Assembly: GCA_002404155.1 (NCBI GenBank)
Contig: DHJC01000023.1
Span: 98,733-162,732 of the forward strand
Reading direction: 5' to 3'
DNA length: 64,000 bases
Origin: Chloroflexi bacterium UBA4730
GTDB lineage: Bacteria; Chloroflexota; Limnocylindria; P2-11E
Part shown: positions 8,657 through 17,453 of the stretch, one piece after another
How the letters are laid out: every line of letters starts with the position of its first letter
How positions within the stretch are numbered: position 1 is the stretch's first letter
The notes under the pieces: model-generated
Database searches by the model: none
What the model was told of the DNA's origin: nothing
What the model saw: the letters and a program-made list of their open reading frames with translations, nothing else
Translations under genes and position numbers: made by a program

Positions 8657-9517
8657 ATGCGCCTGCATGCCGTCTTCCCGCAGACCGAGATCGGAAGCGA
8701 CCCGGCGGTCATCGGACGGTTCGTCCGCGAGGTCGAGGCGATGGGCTTCGACGGACTGGTGGCGTACGACCACGTGCTTGGGGCCGACCCCGCGCGGCCT
8801 GGCTGGTCCGGCCCATACACCATCGAGTCGACGTTCCATGAGGTCATGGTCCTCTTCGCGTACGCCGCCGCGATCACTACGAAGCTCGAGCTCTCGACGG
8901 GTGTGCTGATCCTGCCGCAGCGGCAGACCGCGCTCGTTGCGAAGCAGGCCGCCGCCCTCGACGTGCTGTCCGGCGGTCGGCTGCGCCTCGGCGTCGGGGT
9001 GGGCTGGAACTGGGTCGAGTTCGCCGCTCTCGGCATGAGCTTCACGGACCGCGGCAAACGCATCGAGGAGCAGATCGCGCTGCTGCGCCGCCTGTGGACC
9101 GAGCCCTCGGTCACGTTCGATGGCACGTGGCATCACGTCGATCGCGCCGGCATCAATCCGCTCCCGGTGCAGCGGCCGATCCCGCTCTGGATGGGCGCGG
9201 ACAGCGAGCCGGCCATCCGCCGCGTCGCGCGCCTCGCCGACGGCTTCTTCGCGCATTTCGCCCCGACCGACGACGGCGCGAAGCAAGCCGCGACGTTCTG
9301 GGAATGGGTGCGCGAGGCGGGGCGCGATCCGAAGGACGTCGGGCTGGAATGCCGGATGGGCGCGAAGATGCCCGACGACGAGCTCGCGCGCGCGGCCGAG
9401 CGGTTCCGGGCGATGGGCGCGACGGACTTCGAATGCAACACGATGCGCGCGGGGTTCCGCTCGCCGGACGAGCACCTCGCGGCCTACCGCCGGTTCCTCG
9501 ACCGCCTCAGGGCGTAG
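8657..9517 (+). CDS. LLM-class (luciferase-like) oxidoreductase, probably F420-dependent
   Basis: MRLHAVFPQTEIGSDPAVIGRFVREVEAMGFDGLVAYDHVLGADP...LRLGVGVGWNWVEFAALGMSFTDRGKRIEEQIALLRRLW is a typical LLM TIM-barrel pattern. Confidence 0.8.
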   Translation: MRLHAVFPQTEIGSDPAVIGRFVREVEAMGFDGLVAYDHVLGADPARPGWSGPYTIESTFHEVMVLFAYAAAITTKLELSTGVLILPQRQTALVAKQAAALDVLSGGRLRLGVGVGWNWVEFAALGMSFTDRGKRIEEQIALLRRLWTEPSVTFDGTWHHVDRAGINPLPVQRPIPLWMGADSEPAIRRVARLADGFFAHFAPTDDGAKQAATFWEWVREAGRDPKDVGLECRMGAKMPDDELARAAERFRAMGATDFECNTMRAGFRSPDEHLAAYRRFLDRLRA

Positions 9518-11630
9518 TGGACACGGGCACACCGAGCGCACTGATCCGCACCGGATCACCGCCAATGAGCGGGATCGCGTAGAGGCCGGTCTCCCGCGCG
9601 ACGTAGAACCAGCTTCCGTCCGGCGACCACCCGGCGAATCTCCCGTCGGTGTCCGCGGCGACGATGACGCCCGTCTCGGCATCACGAACGAGTGGCCGGC
9701 CGACGGTCATGCCGACCAAGTGGCCCTGGGGCGACCACCGGACGTCGCCGACCGTCTGTCCCGCCAGCACGAGCGTCGGCTTGCCATCCGCCGATCGCAC
9801 GAATACATAGAAGAATCCGACCGATCCCGCTGCGGGACTTACGCGTACCGACAGCGTGCCTCCGTCGGCGGAAGCGCCCAGCGCTGAGAGCTGCAACGGG
9901 CGAGCAGCGAAGACGCCGAGCAGCGGATCCGCCGCGAGCTGCGCCGTCGTCGTGACGGTCCGGTTGGACGTGGTACTGACGGATTCGACGACCGCCTGGT
10001 CGGTGCGCGTCTGCAGTTGCTGGTTCAGCTTCCCGTTGTCGATGAGGTACGTCCTGCCGCCGCCGAACGCGATCTCGCGCGCCCCGTACGCCGTAAGGCG
10101 AGCGCCGTTCGTAGGCGTGACGATCCGCACCTCGCCGTCGGCGCCGAATCCCGCGGAGTCGAACGAGCTGATGAGGTCCGTGTACGCGACGTTGCCGTCG
10201 GGCGACCACGTTGGGAACGGTCCGGCGGCGTCCTGATCGCTCAGCCGGCCGCCGGTGCCGGTCACGTCGGTGACGAACACCGCACCGGCGAACGAGCTCG
10301 CGAGCACGTCGAAGTAGAGGATCCGGTCGCCGCGCGGCGACCACTGCGGGATCGCGACGCCGCTCAGCCGACGCGTATCGAGATCGTTCGACTGCAGCTG
10401 TTGAAGCAGGCGTACCTCGCCCGTGGCGTCCGTCGCCCAGATCAGCCCGGCGAGCGCGAATGCGTATCGGGCCGCCGGCCGAGGCGGTGCGGACGGCGCG
10501 GCCGAGGAGCGTGCGATCGTGACGGTCTCCGGGTACCACGCGTCGGGCTGGGTCACGTCGCTGAGGAGCACCACCGGCTGGTCGGGCTGGGCCGTGTCGT
10601 AGCGGAAGATGCGCGAGCTGGTGACGCCGATCGCGGTGCGGCGGTCAGGCGAGAACACGACGCGGTCGACGACGCCGACCGTCGTGTCGATCGGCGGCTG
10701 ACCGTTGGCGAGGAACGCGAGCGCGGTGCTCGCGCCTTGATGCACGACGAACCGCCCGTTCGGCCATCGCGCGACGAGGCGGACGTCGTCGTAGAGCTGC
10801 GTGGTCTCCTGCCGGATGTCGCCACCGTCGAGCGTGAGGCTCCAGACGCGAGCCTGACCGGCGTTGATCACCGGCACGGTCGCGTCTCGCACGGCCGAGG
10901 AGACCTGCCCGGCGAAGTAGTAGACCCGCCCGTCGTCACCGAGGAACGGCGATGTCGCGACCTGCGCGGTGAGCGGCCGGAGCCGCGAGCCGTCCACGCG
11001 CTGCACGGCGATGAGCCCGTTCTGGGTGTGCACGAGGAGCTCGTCCGCGGAGATCCATTGCGAGAGGAAGGCGTTGCGCAGCAGCGTCACGTTCCGCCAC
11101 GCGCCGCCGCCTGCGAGCGCGACGTACACGTCGGTGTTCTGGCTTCCCGCATCGCGTTGGGTCGCGGCGAGGGACCGGCTGTCGGTCGACCAGTCGAAGT
11201 CGATGAACCGTGAGCCCGCCGTCACCAGCGCCGGTGGCAGCGGCAGGTCGACGTGCGAGCCGTCGAGCCGCTGGACCGCGACGGATTGTCCGCCATGGTC
11301 AAGGTACCCGATGGACTCGCCGTCGGGCGACCAGCGTGTGGCCGTGACGCCACTCAGCGCATCGGTCTTCGCGATCGCCCGCCGCTGGCTGCCGTCGATG
11401 TTCGCGACCCAGAGCTGGTTGCCGCCGCTCGGATCCGTGCGCCAGTACGTGATGCGGCCCGCGCGCGAGAGCTCGACGGGGGCGCGGGTGGCCGTCGGGG
11501 CGGGGGACGCGTCCGCGACGACGCGCTCCTCGAGCAGGCCGCCCGTCGCAAGGGCGCCCGCGAGCACCGCGATCGAGACCACGACCACGAGCGTGGCCGT
11601 GATCGCATATGGCGCCAGCGACCGTCGCAT
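9507..11630 (-). CDS. Membrane-anchored TolB-like WD40/beta-propeller repeat protein
   Basis: Start trimmed to the ATG at 11630 (MRRSLAPYAITATLVVVVSIAVLAG, an N-terminal TM anchor). Repeated blades are RWSPDGESIGY, FSPDRRTAIG, QWSPRGDRILY, TWSPDGNVAY, RWSPQGHLVG and GWSPDGSWFY. The Arg/Pro-rich upstream part of the track ORF looks non-coding. Confidence 0.75.
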   Translation of the reverse strand: MRRSLAPYAITATLVVVVSIAVLAGALATGGLLEERVVADASPAPTATRAPVELSRAGRITYWRTDPSGGNQLWVANIDGSQRRAIAKTDALSGVTATRWSPDGESIGYLDHGGQSVAVQRLDGSHVDLPLPPALVTAGSRFIDFDWSTDSRSLAATQRDAGSQNTDVYVALAGGGAWRNVTLLRNAFLSQWISADELLVHTQNGLIAVQRVDGSRLRPLTAQVATSPFLGDDGRVYYFAGQVSSAVRDATVPVINAGQARVWSLTLDGGDIRQETTQLYDDVRLVARWPNGRFVVHQGASTALAFLANGQPPIDTTVGVVDRVVFSPDRRTAIGVTSSRIFRYDTAQPDQPVVLLSDVTQPDAWYPETVTIARSSAAPSAPPRPAARYAFALAGLIWATDATGEVRLLQQLQSNDLDTRRLSGVAIPQWSPRGDRILYFDVLASSFAGAVFVTDVTGTGGRLSDQDAAGPFPTWSPDGNVAYTDLISSFDSAGFGADGEVRIVTPTNGARLTAYGAREIAFGGGRTYLIDNGKLNQQLQTRTDQAVVESVSTTSNRTVTTTAQLAADPLLGVFAARPLQLSALGASADGGTLSVRVSPAAGSVGFFYVFVRSADGKPTLVLAGQTVGDVRWSPQGHLVGMTVGRPLVRDAETGVIVAADTDGRFAGWSPDGSWFYVARETGLYAIPLIGGDPVRISALGVPVSTTP

Positions 11631-11650
11631 ATCGCAATACTCCGCTTCGC

Positions 11651-12442
11651 ATGGATGCGTCACTGGTCCGTGAGTTCCTGCGCACCCTCCCCGACCGCCT
11701 GCCTGACGAGGGTACGGTCGCGCGCATGCGCGCGTACCTCGAAGCCATCGGCCGGCCGGACGTCCGATATCTGGTCGGCATCGTTCGGGGCGAGGGCGCC
11801 GGGACCGTGGCGCGCTACGCCCGCGGCGTGCTGGAGGCAGCAGGTGCGGGCGTTGCCGCGGCGGACGACCCCCTCGACGATCCCCTCGTCGCGATCGCCG
11901 GCACGTCCGTCGCGACCATGGGGTATCAGCTCGCGTCGACCCATCCCGAGCTCGGCGAGCTCTCGCGCCGCGAAGCCGAGACGCTGCTCGCGTTCGTTGC
12001 GCACGCCGAGGCGAGCCGGCGGGTGCTCTTGCTCGTCGACGACACGCTCGATCCGCGCGCGCCGCTTCACGGTGCGACGCCTGACGTGATCGCCGTGGCG
12101 CGAGCCTCGGACGAGCAGCTCGCGGCGGCGATCGCGGACGCACCGGAGCGCCGGCCGTTCGTCATCGCACCGCGGGATGTGAGCGCCGCGGCGCGGGCGA
12201 TGGGCGCCCGCGCGCTGCCGTACGTCCTCGGTGGGCGGGACTTCGTCGCGAGACGGTCGGGCTCGACGTTGGACCTCGCCGTCGGTGACGAGCGGTACGG
12301 AGAGCTGGCCCTCGGTACGGGCGACGATCCCGAGCTCGCCGCGACCGGGATCGTCACCGGCCTGGCCATCGCGGCGTTCGGGGTGCGGATGCGTCCGGAA
12401 TGGGTGGAGCTCGGTGCGCGTGCGGCGGCGGCGCGAGAATGA
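11651..12442 (+). CDS. Degenerate FolC/Mur-ligase-like protein (P-loop lost, C-terminal domain absent)
   Basis: ATG at 11651 (MDASLVREFLRTLPD). VARMRAYLEAIGRPDVRYLVGIVRGEGAGTVARYARGVLEAAG aligns by eye to the bona fide FolC in this window (LGRMRALLRSAGEPDRQLRVVLIAGTKGKGSTAAFLAAMLHTAG), with GTKGKGS replaced by VRGEGAG. LLLVDDTLDPRAPLHGATPDVIAV matches AIVEVGLGGGLDATNALDAEVSVI. Confidence 0.5.
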   Translation: MDASLVREFLRTLPDRLPDEGTVARMRAYLEAIGRPDVRYLVGIVRGEGAGTVARYARGVLEAAGAGVAAADDPLDDPLVAIAGTSVATMGYQLASTHPELGELSRREAETLLAFVAHAEASRRVLLLVDDTLDPRAPLHGATPDVIAVARASDEQLAAAIADAPERRPFVIAPRDVSAAARAMGARALPYVLGGRDFVARRSGSTLDLAVGDERYGELALGTGDDPELAATGIVTGLAIAAFGVRMRPEWVELGARAAAARE

Positions 12443-12446
12443 CAGC

Positions 12447-12776
12447 GTGACACCGCTCGAAGCCGCCAAGACGTTCATGGCCGGGCTCGAGGCCGGGGAC
12501 GCCGACAAGGCCGCGTCGGTGTGCAGCGACGATGTGACCGTCGTCCTCCCCGGCGGCGAGACCGAGCTGCAGGGCAAGGATGCGACGAAGCGCCTGATCC
12601 GGATGGCGCCGCCATTCATCCGCCGGGTCCGCGAGGAGGACGTGCAGGGCAACACGGTCATCCTTCGCGGCCTTACCCGATCGCCGGGTCACTTCGCGAA
12701 TTTCACCACCTGGACGTTCGAGACGGAGGGCGATCGCATCGTGCACGTCTCATTCGCCTGGCGGCCGGCGAACTGA
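12447..12776 (+). CDS. SnoaL-like / NTF2-fold small protein
   Basis: In-frame GTG at 12447, 4 nt after the upstream TGA. VTPLEAAKTFMAGLEAGDADKAASVCSDDVTVVLPGG...GDRIVHVSFAW matches the usual SnoaL-like polyketide-cyclase-fold pattern. The 5' part of the track ORF (12231-) overlaps the preceding gene out of frame. Confidence 0.6.
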   Translation: MTPLEAAKTFMAGLEAGDADKAASVCSDDVTVVLPGGETELQGKDATKRLIRMAPPFIRRVREEDVQGNTVILRGLTRSPGHFANFTTWTFETEGDRIVHVSFAWRPAN

Positions 12777-13017
12777 TATGGAGCGGCCTGTCAACGGGCG
12801 AGCCGTCGTCGGCGGTCCGGTGGCACGGGGGAAGGCGGGCAGGTGGCAGCGGCGTCTGGCCACTCTGATATTCGCGGATCTGTCCCGCATGCGGGTGGTG
12901 CGCCGGAGGCCGCCTCTCACTAGACGCGCGGATCCGGCGCGTTCCGCCGGCCGCATAGTTCGATCGAGGATCCCTCCGCAGGATGCGCTCGCCCGTTCCC
13001 CGGTGCCTCCGGACCAC

Positions 13018-13329
13018 TTAGGCCGGGGCGATGACCGCGCAGTCGACGCCGAGGGTGGCGAAGGTCCGCTGCAGCCCATAGCCGGTCGGCCCGGCCTCAT
13101 AGCAAACCCGCACCGCCGCCGGGTCCTTCCAGCGACGGACAAGCTTGCGCACCGCCTCGGGGGTGTTCGCGATCTGGTCTTCGTCGAGGCTCGGCCCGTC
13201 GGGGCGCAGGAGCGCGACGCTGATGCTGTCCTGGTGAACGTCGAGGCCGACGTACGTGATCGGCGCGATACTGGTTTGCACGGCCGGTGTCCTCCGTATG
13301 TGGCAATCTCCGGGCGCCAGCGCGGTCAA
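13018..13329 (-). pseudogene. IS110-family transposase, N-terminal fragment only (truncated remnant)
   Basis: ITYVGLDVHQDSISVALL...RVCYEAGPTGYGLQRTFATLGVDCAVIAPA* matches the DEDD-type N-terminal domain of IS110 transposases. It stops where full-length proteins continue (..IAPSLIP..). No C-terminal domain is recognisable in any frame of 12777-13017. Confidence 0.75.
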
Positions 13330-13367
13330 TCCACGAGGCTACGCAGGCGCCGGCCGCTCCATACTCA

Positions 13368-13664
13368 CTAGCCCTCGACGTAGCGGAATGAGCGCGGGAC
13401 CTTCGCGAGGCCGAACTCGCTCAGCGCCCGCGGCACTCGATAGCGCCGTGGCTTCGTGATCGGGAGGGCCCAGCCCTGTGCAGATCTACGCGTCGGCGCA
13501 CCGAGGTCACACTCGCCGACGATCGCACGTTCCTCCACGACGGCCAAGTACGCGCGCGCGGGGAGCCGTTTCGGTGGGACGGTGCGGTGCTCGAAGCGAG
13601 CGGTGCCGTCAAGGATGGCGTCGGCGTGGTCCGCGTGGATGGCGAGGACGACGGCGTTGGGCAT
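13368..13664 (-). CDS. ASCH (PUA-like fold) domain protein
   Basis: ATG at 13664 is preceded by GGGGAGGA (SD) with a 6-nt spacer. MPNAVVLAIHADHADAILDGTARFEHRTVPP...AIVGECDLG...GWALPITKPRRYRVPRALSEFGLAKVPRSFRYV fits the ASCH pattern. Confidence 0.6.
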   Translation of the reverse strand: MPNAVVLAIHADHADAILDGTARFEHRTVPPKRLPARAYLAVVEERAIVGECDLGAPTRRSAQGWALPITKPRRYRVPRALSEFGLAKVPRSFRYVEG

Positions 13665-13775
13665 GGCGATCCTCCCCAGCATGATCGCCTCGGGTATCGG
13701 ACTGGCCTTGCGCCGGACGCGGGAGAGGAGCGGATCACTCCGCTCCTCTTGTCGCACGGTTCAGTACAGGCGCGC

Positions 13776-14390
13776 TCAAGTGGTGAGGGGGGTCGCGACG
13801 GGTCGCTTTGGAGCCGGTGACGAGAGCATCCTGCCCCGCCACGGCGTGCCGAGGATCGGGAGCAGATAGCGGTCGATACCGATGAAGCCGGCGGTCTTCC
13901 ACGCGAGGACGAGGAGGAAGCCCAGGAGGAGCAGCACCGGGTTGGTGCTGGCGCTGCCGGCGAGCATGAAGTTGAGGTTCATGAACGCGCCACCGACGGC
14001 CGCGATGCCGACGAAGGCACCGAAGATCAGGCCGAGCCCGACGGCGGTCTCACCGAAGGCGATGAGCTTGCCGAAGACGCCCTCCCAGTGGTTGTTGACC
14101 ATGAACGTGATGAAGCCGTTGTACCAGTCGTAGGTGATGACCGACTTGGCCGGTGCGACCGGGTCGGCCGCGATGCGCTGCCAGAAGGCGTACAGGCCGG
14201 CGCCGTCGATGATGTAGTTCGTCTTCGCGCCGGTATCGATGACCTTGTGCCAGCCCGCGTCGAGCCAGCTGAATCCGACGTACATCCGGATGATGAACCA
14301 CACCGGCGCCATCCGCGTGTCGGAGAACAAGAGCTTTGCGAGCGGCGGGTCCTTGACGACGGTGTCCTTGTGGATGATCGCTGTCTTCAC
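13776..14390 (-). CDS. DoxX-family integral membrane protein
   Basis: GTG at 14390 with an AAGGAGA SD 7 nt upstream. There are four predicted TM segments (WFIIRMYVGFSWLDAGWHKV, LIAFGETAVGLGLIFGAFVGIAAVGGAFMNLNFMLAG, NPVLLLLGFLLVLAW). Confidence 0.7.
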   Translation of the reverse strand: MKTAIIHKDTVVKDPPLAKLLFSDTRMAPVWFIIRMYVGFSWLDAGWHKVIDTGAKTNYIIDGAGLYAFWQRIAADPVAPAKSVITYDWYNGFITFMVNNHWEGVFGKLIAFGETAVGLGLIFGAFVGIAAVGGAFMNLNFMLAGSASTNPVLLLLGFLLVLAWKTAGFIGIDRYLLPILGTPWRGRMLSSPAPKRPVATPLTT

Positions 14391-14417
14391 GTTGGTGTCT
14401 CCTTTCTTCGTGATGCG

Positions 14418-14720
14418 CTACGCCGTGATGGTCGATGTGGCGTACGTGTCGCGGGTGCCGACGTACGAGACGGTCGCGATGATGACGGCGAAGGCGATGC
14501 CCGGGACGAGGTAGAAACCGTCGATCGTCGGGCCGAAGTTCGTGATCGCCGCGAAGACGGTGCTGCCCGGGAACGTTTCGCTGGCGAAGTACGCCCCGAA
14601 GATAGCGGTCACGCCCACGATGAGAAAGTCGTAGGGGGACTTCTTGGCTCCGAGGACCTGCACGGCGACGCCGGCGAGCAGCGAGACAACCACGATGGCT
14701 GCGAACACTGCGAGGCCCAT
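14418..14720 (-). CDS. GlsB/YeaQ/YmgE-family (transglycosylase-associated) small stress membrane protein
   Basis: 100 aa with 3-4 TM segments rich in G/A/V (MGLAVFAAIVVVSLLAGVAVQVLG...FLIVGVTAIFGAYFA...GIAFAVIIATVSYV). ATG is preceded by AAAGGAGGTAACGAC. Confidence 0.65.
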   Translation of the reverse strand: MGLAVFAAIVVVSLLAGVAVQVLGAKKSPYDFLIVGVTAIFGAYFASETFPGSTVFAAITNFGPTIDGFYLVPGIAFAVIIATVSYVGTRDTYATSTITA

Positions 14721-14995
14721 GTCGTTACCTCCTTTTCAAACTTGCTGATGTTGACGATGCGGTCACGATGGTCTCGCCGACAGGGCCGTTCGGCCCGGAA
14801 ACGCGGGACCGGAGACCCCGCGGTGGCCCGAGATCGGCGTGCGATTCGGCCCCAGAGATATGAGCCGTTCGGCAGCATCCGGCCCGTTCAGCGGGGGAGA
14901 GCATGGCGCTACAGCCTGCGACCCAGCTGCTGACGGTGAGCGGTATCCGCGAGCGGCGGTCGCGCCTCGAGATCGGCACGACAACGTGCTCAAGA

Positions 14996-15625
14996 TCAAC
15001 GCGCAGGTCGGCCGCTGCCGCGCGGCGGCTCCGTTCCAAGCCCCAGCAGCCTCGTGTTGTCCGCGTATTCGGGCGACCGCTCGCGCAAGCGCTTCGCGAT
15101 CGCGCGCAGGTCGCCTGGCTCGATCCCGGCGAAGAACGCGGACGTCTCCTGCAGGAAGCGGGTCTCGCGCGCGGCGCGCTCGACATCGTCGTCGGTCTCG
15201 TCGGACGCGACCGCCTGGATCTGCCAGCGGTACCCGAGGACGTGGCGGAACGTCTCGGTCGCGCGCTCGAGGTGGAACGGTGAGGTGATCACCGACAGCG
15301 GACGCGGTTCGATGTCCTTCAGATAGCGGACCGCGGTGAGCACGGCGTTCCCGATCGTGTCGCGCGATTCGTTCTCGACCGCGATCCGCTCGGGCGCGAC
15401 GCCCCAGGCCGTGATGAGGTCGCGCATGAGGGCCGCCTCGCTCGGGGTCCCGTCCGCGGCCTCGAGCTGCCGGTCGCCCGAGCAGATGAGCACGAGCTCC
15501 GGACGCTCGCGGGCGAGCTGCGCGGCGCGATGCGCGCGAGCCTGCGTGGAGGGGAGTGCAGTACCGTCGGGCGCGACGCCGCCACCGAGGACGACCGCGA
15601 GCTCCGGCGCGTCCGCGACTTCCAT
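14996..15625 (-). CDS. YdcF/ElyC (DUF218) family protein
   Basis: LAVVLGGGVAPDG...LVLICSGD...SEAALMRDLITAWGVAPERIAVENESRDTIGNAVLTAVRYL...SVITSPFHLERA is the canonical DUF218 pattern. Confidence 0.75.
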   Translation of the reverse strand: MEVADAPELAVVLGGGVAPDGTALPSTQARAHRAAQLARERPELVLICSGDRQLEAADGTPSEAALMRDLITAWGVAPERIAVENESRDTIGNAVLTAVRYLKDIEPRPLSVITSPFHLERATETFRHVLGYRWQIQAVASDETDDDVERAARETRFLQETSAFFAGIEPGDLRAIAKRLRERSPEYADNTRLLGLGTEPPRGSGRPAR

Positions 15626-15640
15626 CGCGTAAACCTACAG

Positions 15641-15673
15641 AAAAACACGAGGCGCCCCGTTTCGGGGCGCGTC
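15641..15673 (-). terminator. Rho-independent terminator downstream of the ABC substrate-binding protein gene
   Basis: Minus strand reads GACGCGCCCCG-AAA-CGGGGCGCCTC followed by GTGTTTTTCTG. The stem is 15649-15659 / 15663-15673, and the A-run 15641-15645 on plus gives the U-tract. Confidence 0.7.
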
Positions 15674-15695
15674 GTGCGACGAGCCATGCCGTCGA

Positions 15696-17453
15696 CTAGA
15701 TGCTGTGGAGCGTCCCGTTGTAGATGAGGATCGACGTGAAGAGGTCGCCGCTGCCGTTCTTGTACACCGGGTCGCTGTCGGCCGGCCACGGTGCGACGCG
15801 CTTCTTCTCGTTCACCGGGTTGTTGCCGTAGCGCTCCCAGAGCGGGATGTTCGGCAGCAGGTCGTTGTACGCGAGGATCGCCTGCGTCACCAAGGGCTTC
15901 TGCTTCTCGGTGTCGAAGCCGTCGCCCATCGTGTTGATGAGCGCGTTGAAGTCCGTGCTGCCCTGGGTGAGCGGGTAGGCCATGCCGCCGCCCGCGGGGA
16001 TGGTGTTGTGGACCTGCAGGTCCTGCACGAAGCTGCCCTGCGGGTGCGGGTTCGCCGCGCCCCAGCCCATGATCGCGATCTGGAACTTGCCCGCGTTCAC
16101 GTCGGCGAGCTGGGTCGAGCGGATAGCGCCGCGCGGCGTGATCTTGATGCCGAACTTGTTGAGCGAGTCGCTCGCATGGTTCGCGGCGCTCGTCCAGTCC
16201 GCGAAGTCGCTCGGGAAGTAGAGCTCGTACGCGAGGGCCTTGCCGCCCTTCGCGTAGATGCCGTCGCTGCCCTTCGCGTAGCCCGCGTCGGTCATGAGCT
16301 TCGCGGCCGCGGCGAGGTCGTAGTCGTACGACTTCAGCTTCGCCTGGTCCGCCGTGCTGAGCCAGAGCGGCACGATGTTGTCGCTGACTCCGGCCATGAA
16401 CTTCTGGGCCTTGGCCGACTGGCCGTAGGTGATCGTCGCCGACTCGGACTTGTTGATCGCCATCGCGACGGCCTGACGAAGCCGCTTGTCCTGGAACTCG
16501 GGTGCGGCCGTCCAGTGGAAGAAGATCCCCGGGCCGGTGTACAGCGGACCGCGGACGACGCGGAGGCCGTTGTCACCGAAGGCCTTGTCCGTCGCGAGCG
16601 GGAAGCCGTGGGTCGCGTAGTCGACGTCGCCGGCGAGCACGAGCGGGGTCACCGCGTCGGTCTCACCCTGGTAGACGATGAGCTTGTCGAAATTCACCTG
16701 GTCCGCGAACAGGCCACCCGGGTTCTTGACCATGGTGAGCTGCGCGGCCGTGACGCTCGCCTTGTCGATCTTGTAGGGGCCGACGGACGGCGGATTGTCC
16801 GGACGGAAGTCGGCGACCTGCTTGGCGATCGCCTTCACCTCGTCGGACGCCGTGGTCTTGCCGGCGTTGTAGAGATCCTGGAGCTGCTTCGCGAACGTGC
16901 CGAACTGCGAGTCCGGACGGATGTTGTTGCGCAGCACCAGGCGCGGCACAAGCGCCGACGGGCGGCTGATGTGGAACCGCACCGTGCTCTTGTCCGGGGT
17001 CTCGAGCTTGTCCGCGTAGGTCCAGATCCCGAAGCCCTGCGAGCGGCCCACCCAATACGTGGTCGCGACGTCGGCCGAGGTGAACTCCTTGCCGTCGTCC
17101 CACTTGAGCCCCGTCTTCAGCTTGATCTCGTAGTTCTCGCCGTTCTGGGTGGCCGACTCCATGAGCCAGTTTTCCCATTTGCCCTCGGCCCAGCGGTAGA
17201 CCGCCAGCGAGGGGATGAAGAAGTCGGTCAGGTAGCTGCCCGAGAGGATCGTGCCGGCGGAGAGGTAGTTGTAGTGGCCCTTCGGCGGGAGATCCCACGG
17301 CCATGCGGCGTGGAATTCGCCACCCTTCTTTGCCGTGCCGCCGCCCGTGGTCGTAGTGCCGGGCGCGCAGGCCGCGGCGACGATGCCGAGGCTGACGAGC
17401 GCGGAATCACGCAGGAACCGGCGCCGGTCAACGCGATATCGCGGGTCGCTCAT
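15696..17453 (-). CDS. ABC transporter substrate-binding protein, family 5 (peptide/nickel/opine type), Tat/lipoprotein-like signal
   Basis: The N-terminus RRRFLRDSALVSLGIVAAACAP carries a twin-arginine and lipobox-like Cys. 585 aa, typical SBP_bac_5 size, and first gene downstream of the permease/ATPase genes. Confidence 0.9.
   Translation of the reverse strand: MSDPRYRVDRRRFLRDSALVSLGIVAAACAPGTTTTGGGTAKKGGEFHAAWPWDLPPKGHYNYLSAGTILSGSYLTDFFIPSLAVYRWAEGKWENWLMESATQNGENYEIKLKTGLKWDDGKEFTSADVATTYWVGRSQGFGIWTYADKLETPDKSTVRFHISRPSALVPRLVLRNNIRPDSQFGTFAKQLQDLYNAGKTTASDEVKAIAKQVADFRPDNPPSVGPYKIDKASVTAAQLTMVKNPGGLFADQVNFDKLIVYQGETDAVTPLVLAGDVDYATHGFPLATDKAFGDNGLRVVRGPLYTGPGIFFHWTAAPEFQDKRLRQAVAMAINKSESATITYGQSAKAQKFMAGVSDNIVPLWLSTADQAKLKSYDYDLAAAAKLMTDAGYAKGSDGIYAKGGKALAYELYFPSDFADWTSAANHASDSLNKFGIKITPRGAIRSTQLADVNAGKFQIAIMGWGAANPHPQGSFVQDLQVHNTIPAGGGMAYPLTQGSTDFNALINTMGDGFDTEKQKPLVTQAILAYNDLLPNIPLWERYGNNPVNEKKRVAPWPADSDPVYKNGSGDLFTSILIYNGTLHSI

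Noticed and set aside
12231-12446. N-terminal 72 codons of the 181-aa ORF upstream of the SnoaL-like domain.
   Set aside because: It overlaps the FolC-like gene out of frame and is Arg/Ser/Pro-rich. The SnoaL-like fold begins right after the GTG at 12447.
14721-14995. Assignment of the YeaQ-gene leader to the c-di-AMP (ydaO) riboswitch class.
   Set aside because: Only loose motif resemblance (GAAUC, CCGAAC, ..ACCAUCGUGA..). The conserved GGGGACCCA / GGGUGAAUCC / CAGCUNACCUCGUA core is not present as far as I can align by eye. It is kept only as an unassigned structured leader.
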